The notes beneath the pieces were generated by a model that was not told where the DNA came from, ran no database searches, and saw nothing but the letters and a program-made list of their open reading frames with translations. A DNA stretch of 54,841 nucleotides, counting the filler, from Asterionella formosa (Eukaryota): NCBI GenBank assembly GCA_002256025.1. It is 5 parts of 5 records of this genome, joined end to end, with 100 filler letters (N's around TTAATTAATTAA, not from the genome) between each part and the next. Parts side by side here need not be neighbours in the genome. Positions count along the whole stretch, not along the records: positions 43,965 to 54,841 come from NKIB01009059.1; 4 more parts are not named here. One strand, given 5' to 3'. The translations under genes and the position numbers were made by a program. Shown piece after piece: positions 48,836-54,841 of this stretch. How positions within the stretch are numbered: position 1 is the first letter of the stretch; the number at the start of each line of letters is the position of its first letter.

Positions 48836-49114
48836 TAGTGTACAAAATTTTTGTGTGTACAGGTTTCTACTCGAGCAGGAATGTGCGAGGAGAAAATTTC
48901 TCCTTCGGTCATTGATGCCAATGTCACATTCATTCACGAAAGCTAGAAACTTGTCTTTTCCTTTTCTGGCAGATTCAACGTAATTCACCTCATGGATGTC
49001 GCTCAAGACTTGTATTCACATGTTGAAGAGCTGAGAATGGCTCTATGCATGCGTTCTTATCGTGTGGTTGTTGCATAATCGTAAGTCCCCGCCTCAGCAA
49101 GGCCATCGGTGGCT

Positions 49115-50137
49115 TTACTTTAGTTTGCTATCCGAGGATATCATGCTTCTTTTGGTCAAATCATAAATTGGCAAGTAAAAGGCCGTAAATGGCCCCACCC
49201 ATAGGATCCTGGCAAGCGCTCCAGCAAAGAGTGATTCAATTCCATGATCTTGTATCGTTTCTGTAAGACACTGCCAAAAACCATCACTGTACAAGTCCGT
49301 ATCCACCATCAACTTTGTCTTAATTGTATCCAGGGGCGTTGTGCAAAAGCCAGCGATACTTCCCGTCAATCCAGCCACGGCGACTTCTTCCCATGACGAT
49401 AGCGTTGGAACTCCACCAATACCAGGAATTTTTGCTTTCACGTATAAAGACTTGAGTTGATCGTACAAGCCAAGTTCTAGCATGGTGTACGGAATGTCTC
49501 GCATCAAGACTGCGTCGTAGCCTGCGTAGCAGCCAAAAACGCCAGAAGTTGCAAGCACTTGGGTTAGCACTTCTTGTAGATTCGGATACATTCCCATTTG
49601 AAGTTGTTGTTTGATAAACTCCCCGGGGACCAAGATGACACTGGACGCCATAAATGCAAGTGCCGCACACAGGTAGACCGCAATCATTAAGGCATTGCCG
49701 TCCCAAACCCCCGTGGCCGCCCTCTTCAACCTCTCATACACTCCAAACTTGATTGCTCCGCCGATCCCATCACTGATCAAATACGTCGACAGTCCTCGAT
49801 ACAAACCCCCCAATCCGCTCGTGGAAGTCAGCACAGCAACGGCCTGCACCATGTTGAGCCCCATGCCCTCATCGCTTTGTTGCAGAGTCTTGATGCAGTC
49901 AATGGGATGCATGATGGAATCGCCAACTACCGTGGCGATGGCACCAGCAACAGCCAACTTCCAGATTGGCAAGTCGTCCGAGGTGGAATCGGGAACTGCG
50001 GGCTGAGTGTCTGTGCTGGCAATAGGGAGACTCGTTCTGCTTTGAAACGTTCTGTTTGGCACAACAAATGCTGCGGCTTCGTTGCTGCAAGATAGTAACG
50101 CTACCAAGCCTGATATGGATATGGATGAGAGCTTCAT
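49115..50137 (-). CDS. Mitochondrial-carrier-family (SLC25) transporter, SAM-carrier-like, with plastid-type leader (~340 aa)
   Basis: Three Px[DE]xxK repeats (PIDCIK, PGEFIK, PLDTIK) and RDIPY. Leader MKLSSISISGLVALLSCSNEAAA-FVVP. Confidence 0.9.
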   Translation of the reverse strand: MKLSSISISGLVALLSCSNEAAAFVVPNRTFQSRTSLPIASTDTQPAVPDSTSDDLPIWKLAVAGAIATVVGDSIMHPIDCIKTLQQSDEGMGLNMVQAVAVLTSTSGLGGLYRGLSTYLISDGIGGAIKFGVYERLKRAATGVWDGNALMIAVYLCAALAFMASSVILVPGEFIKQQLQMGMYPNLQEVLTQVLATSGVFGCYAGYDAVLMRDIPYTMLELGLYDQLKSLYVKAKIPGIGGVPTLSSWEEVAVAGLTGSIAGFCTTPLDTIKTKLMVDTDLYSDGFWQCLTETIQDHGIESLFAGALARILWVGPFTAFYLPIYDLTKRSMISSDSKLK

Positions 50138-50309
50138 GGTACTTGGTATGCTGTGGGATATTGTGAGAGGTTGTGATGACAAATGAAATGAAGTGCAATC
50201 CTCCGACCGTGTTGATCAGCAGACTTGAGAATTCTGAAGTGATTGGAACGAAAAGAACTCTGAACGAGAACAAATTGAGCAAAATGGAAACGAGAAACGA
50301 GAAAAGAGA

Positions 50310-50520
50310 AAGGTACCATGTACCAGTGTACAGGTACCAGCTACCAGCTACCTGTACTCTCGGAGTACCAGGTACCAGGTACCAGGTACCAGGTACCAGG
50401 TTCTCACCAGGTAAGAGCAGTCGGTGGTACCAGGTACCTGGTACCCTGGTACCTGGTTGGGTGGTAGCAGGTACCTGGTACCAGTACTCCGACCTAAAGT
50501 AACCTGGTGGGTACCTTTGC
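50310..50520. repeat. (CCAGGTA)n heptamer/GGTACC tract with strand switch
   Basis: GTACCAG tandem units at 50365-50400, then inverted GTACCTG units at ~50433-50480. Confidence 0.85.
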
Positions 50521-53500
50521 ATCACTCGAATTGAATGGTACTCCTACATACATACAAATGGACCATGCATCATACGTAAAAAAAATACCGGCACTTTATG
50601 AAAAGCCAACAGCAGGCAAGCCCGTCAGTCATATAATGAGAACATACGCAGCTATACTGGTAGGAGTGGTCACCACGTGATGCAAATTCTGACATCATGA
50701 ACCAACGCACATGCGAAAACGAAAAAGAACAAGAACAATCAATGAATGTGTTGGCTACGACGTCAACGATATTTAGACCGAACCTCGGCACGAGGAATTC
50801 TTTTTTTAATGCCATTAGGCCGTTGCTAACCTTTGGATCAAAACGCCAACCAAACAGTGTTTTGGTTTCGGTAACCCTAAAAAACGATGCCATCGGGGGA
50901 GTAAAAAATCTACCGGGTAATGCAAACGCAATACGTTTAGGGGATTCCGTGCCCATATCCCAACAAGTTATCTACCATTGGTAAACACAATTACATTTGA
51001 GTAAATTTTTTCGAAAGTTACCTAAGCTTAGGATTCCGTGTTGACGACCTAGAATGTATTAGAGTAGCAAGCATAAACCCAATTATTATCAGGGTAGAGT
51101 CAGTTTATATTGGTACGTGTATTAGTATATGATAGGTACTAGTACCCTGGACTCTCGACCTTGTAACAATAAAGGTATACCGGTAGTCATCGTTCATTGT
51201 CATTGTGTCAGCAACAACAACAAATCGATGACAACTTGAGAACAATCATCATGTCATCTCCCCTCATTAGTTATTGTACACTAGTCAAATAGAATCGAAT
51301 ACCAGTAGTCACTATGAAAGTAAATGATTTCAATTGTAACTACCAAATTTGTTTAGATATAGAATATACAGTAAAATCGGAAAACCACAAGTGGGCTCAA
51401 GAAAAAAGATGATATCTTGATGCCTTGCCATCACATTCAAATGCGTCTTATTTAAAATATGTGCCATTCTACAATGTTCCATTGTCTACAAGGGATCTGG
51501 TCAAATTTGAAAATTGACTTATAAATCACTATTTATCAGTTAAGAATAGTTGGATCGTCAATGTCATATCGTTGTTTCCACCACCAGTCACCATACTTGC
51601 ATTACATTTTAAATGAGCCCACAATTGCGGTAAAAACTAACTTATTCCCACATAGGAATCATACTTTGTAAAAGTAGTATAATTAAAAAATGTATTTTCA
51701 TTATATTTTTGTCTTCCTATNNNNNNNNNNNNNNNNNNNNNNNNNNNNNNNNNNNNNNNNNNNNNNNNNNNNNNNNNNNNNNNNNNNNNNNNNNNNNNNN
51801 NNNNNNNNNNNNNNNNNNNNNNNNNNNNNNNNNNNNNNNNNNNNNNNNNNNNNNNNNNNNNNNNNNNNNNNNNNNNNNNNNNNNNNNNNNNNNNNNNNNN
51901 NNNNNNNNNNNNNNNNNNNNNNNNNNNNNNNNNNNNNNNNNNNNNNNNNNNNNNNNNNNNNNNNNNNNNNNNNNNNNNNNNNNNNNNNNNNNNNNNNNNN
52001 NNNNNNNNNNNNNNNNNNNNNNNNNNNNNNNNNNNNNNNNNNNNNNNNNNNNNNNNNNNNNNNNNNNNNNNNNNNNNNNNNNNNNNNNNNNNNNNNNNNN
52101 NNNNNNNNNNNNNNNNNNNNNNNNNNNNNNNNNNNNNNNNNNNNNNNNNNNNNNNNNNNNNNNNNNNNNNNNNNNNNNNNNNNNNNNNNNNNNNNNNNNN
52201 NNNNNNNNNNNNNNNNNNNNNNNNNNNNNNNNNNNNNNNNNNNNNNNNNNNNNNNNNNNNNNNNNNNNNNNNNNNNNNNNNNNNNNNNNNNNNNNNNNNN
52301 NNNNNNNNNNNNNNNNNNNNNNNNNNNNNNNNNNNNNNNNNNNNNNNNNNNNNNNNNNNNNNNNNNNNNNNNNNNNNNNNNNNNNNNNNNNNNNNNNNNN
52401 NNAAGCTAGCGGCTCCTCATGAATCAAGCCACTGCAAGTACTGTTGCCAAGGAGTGGCTTCCTCATTGAAAATCTGGTGGAATGGGCGTCCTGGGAATAT
52501 TGAGTTGCTTTGTTACAGATGATAACCGCAACAATGATTGAGGTCTAGACTGAGTAAAACTTGTTGGAAGCTCCATTCGATTTGTTGATTGCGAATGCTT
52601 TAATTACATTCAAAGTACAAGAAATTTTCAACCTAGCAGGTGCCCCCTTTTGGGGCATTCTTCTTTGGCAAATTAGTATTCCGTTACAGGTTGTTACTGT
52701 ACGTCCAAAACTCTGATACAAATGAAATGAACAAATAGTAAAATTTTCTACAAGACTTTCAGCTTTAAGCAGTTTTTGCCTGGTACTTTTAAACTAGGAT
52801 CATACCAGGCTGGGAATCCTAATTGATGAAGTCCTAATTTGGCAATGTATTGCGAAAGTCACGAATACGCCCATACACATTGGAGATGCTCAAAAAAGTC
52901 ACCAGTTCCTCAAAGTGATCAAAGTGAGTGTTGATTCACCACCTCTGTAGTAAATAAGAACTGGTATGCATGCATGCAGATGTAGATGTAGAGCTAACGA
53001 GTGAGGAGCTTGTGGGGACTTCACCATCTAACAAGACCTGAGAGAAAATGCTTTAAGATTTTGAACTTGGAACCAAGCAATGTTATATCTAGTAAATTCA
53101 TGTTTTGAACTAAATATGCTAGACACGAACACAATTACTCAAGCAATGTTATAGCGATTTATATACTGACCGATATTGGCATTAGAACTCATCATGTATC
53201 TTGCACTAGTTACATAAGTAGGACCTACGGTTGCTGTTGATGAGAAAGGACTGAATTCAATCCATTCAGCTGGCATCACCTTCTTTTTAAACGGGGAATT
53301 AAAATAAGCAAGTTTCCAACAGAAAATTGACTTTGTGTAAAAATAGACTATTTTGACATTCCCAAATACACACTAACAAAATGTTGCATGTTCCTGTGCC
53401 ATAACAATCAATGACATTCGAAATGAAGCATATCAACTGTAAATTCCTGACATGACTAATTAAACATAGTGAGATATTTTCATGGAAAACTCCACAATCA

Positions 53501-54141
53501 CCCATAAAACGAGTTGAAAAAAAGAGGGATGATCTGACAGATGAGAAGTTCAAGTGATTGATATGTGAGGTGAGAAGAATTTCATGAAGAATGGCATTAT
53601 CACAGTTGAAAAATTATATACTATTGACTACAATGGCTACCTTGTCGTTGGGTGGTAAGCAGTACCCTGAACATGATTCCAGCCATACTGGTGTTATGAC
53701 ATGCACATAAAAACCGGGTACCAGTTATTCTAGTATCAACAAGTAACAATCCAGTAAAATAAAACTTGGTTTGGGTGGGAAATCTTCTTGTAAAGATGTA
53801 AAATATGTACAATTGACAATGTTGTGAGTCAAAGACAAATGGATGACATAAAATCTATAACTGTATGTTCTACTTTATAACAGATTACATGATCATCTAC
53901 GATAAAATTTTCACTTGGTTTGAATTTCATCATTTAAGTACTAGTAACTTCAATTGGGTGATCATACATTGGCTATTTATGTATGTATTCTTTAATTTCT
54001 TCAGAAACACACAGTATAACTAAAAGACTAAAAGCTGCAGTTTGATTCGATTCAAATTACATACCCTGTCTTAACCAAAAAGTTACCAATTTCAAACTGT
54101 CACATTCAAATTTTAATTTTTTGAAGTGTTCATTCCACATA

Positions 54142-54543
54142 CTAGGCAAGAATGAGTGTCATCATAGTGACTACACTAGCTGCAACATAACTGGCTCTGG
54201 AAGATGCTGTGAATGTGACACTATTCGGCGATCTAGCAGGAGCTTAAGCAGTAGGTCCAGGAGTAGTAGCCGCAGCATCAGGCATTGTAGTGACTGGGGC
54301 AAGCGTATCTCCATGAGGGCCAGTTGTTGGGGTACCAGTTGGGATGAGATGTCAAACATCAGGCCCAGGAGTAGCAACATCAGGAGCAGTAGTGATTAGG
54401 GCAAGAGTATTTCCAGGAGCACTCGTCACTGGGGCCATCGAATCTGAGAGGCCAACACAGCAGCTCTGGGTGTAATTAGCCTGATACACAGCACAATCAT
54501 TGCCAGGGAGGTTGGCCACATATTGAAGGGCAACACAGGTACC
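54142..54543 (-). pseudogene. Fragment of a Cys-rich + Pro/Thr-rich, possibly GPI-anchored surface-protein gene with two in-frame stops
   Basis: One frame reads GTCVALQYVANLPGNDCAVYQANYTQSCC...APVTSAPG...GPDV*...TTPGPTA*APA...ASSRASYVAASVVTMMTLILA*. Confidence 0.6.
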
Positions 54544-54841
54544 GTATTACAAGGTGAAGTGGTTGTAAAAGAACAAGAAGTGTTGTATGTAGGGCGGGTA
54601 CCAGGTTGTCAGAATGTGTCTGTTAGGCTGTTGATGTCGACAGGTATCCGAAGACTAGATGTAGTCTGAGGAATGTCCAAAAGGAAATAGACAGTATTTA
54701 TATAGCATAATAATTAGCAAACGAGCGGCGCGAGAGAGATCTTGACCGGTCATTTCAGAGCAAGTAGGGGAGCACTCTTAGAAAGAAGCGCCGTATAGCT
54801 ATTTCAAAACCAGGGTACATATGCTGTACCTGTACCTGGGA

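Noticed and set aside
3055..49000. Numerous short antisense or alternate-frame ORFs overlapping the real genes
   Set aside because: They are shadow ORFs with no independent motifs.
49899..50525. 208-aa ORF with VPGTWY repeats (also 7265-7594)
   Set aside because: It is a translation of the CCAGGTA/GGTACC tract.
50755..51050. Possible MITE bounded by CGTCAAC/GTTGACG
   Set aside because: Only a 7-bp inverted match, with no clear TSD and no second copy in the window.
52403..53900. Decayed coding-like sequence on the minus strand
   Set aside because: Short stop-ridden frames with no family motif I can identify.

Overview
Eukaryotic draft-assembly window with N gaps, several carrying a TTAATTAATTAA linker. 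It is most consistent with a diatom or other photosynthetic stramenopile: short GT-AG introns, bipartite signal-peptide+Phe plastid leaders, and diatom-type transposons (inference). Genes: two paralogous secreted 2OG-Fe(II) dioxygenase+ankyrin genes flanking a DOT1-like methyltransferase, a secreted Pro/Thr-rich surface protein, a Sec1/Munc18 gene, a BRCT protein, PEX12, a trypsin-like protease, and three adjacent genes with plastid-type leaders (HSP90, an alpha/beta-fold protein lacking catalytic residues, a SAM-carrier-like transporter). About half the window is decayed mobile DNA: a tyrosine-recombinase fragment, a DD39D mariner, a two-LTR Ty1/copia, RT-RNase H non-LTR remnants and MITEs. 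The most unusual structure is a stack of non-coding TTAA/GGTTGC (Kolobok-like) elements at 22.4-25.35 kb. One copy is nested inverted inside another copy of the same family, and both families carry a perfect 28-30 bp hairpin about 210 bp from one end. The intergenic palindrome TACCGGTA and (CCAGGTA)n tracts are strongly over-represented. All family assignments come from motif recognition, not database searches. No clearly new multi-gene system could be proven from sequence alone.
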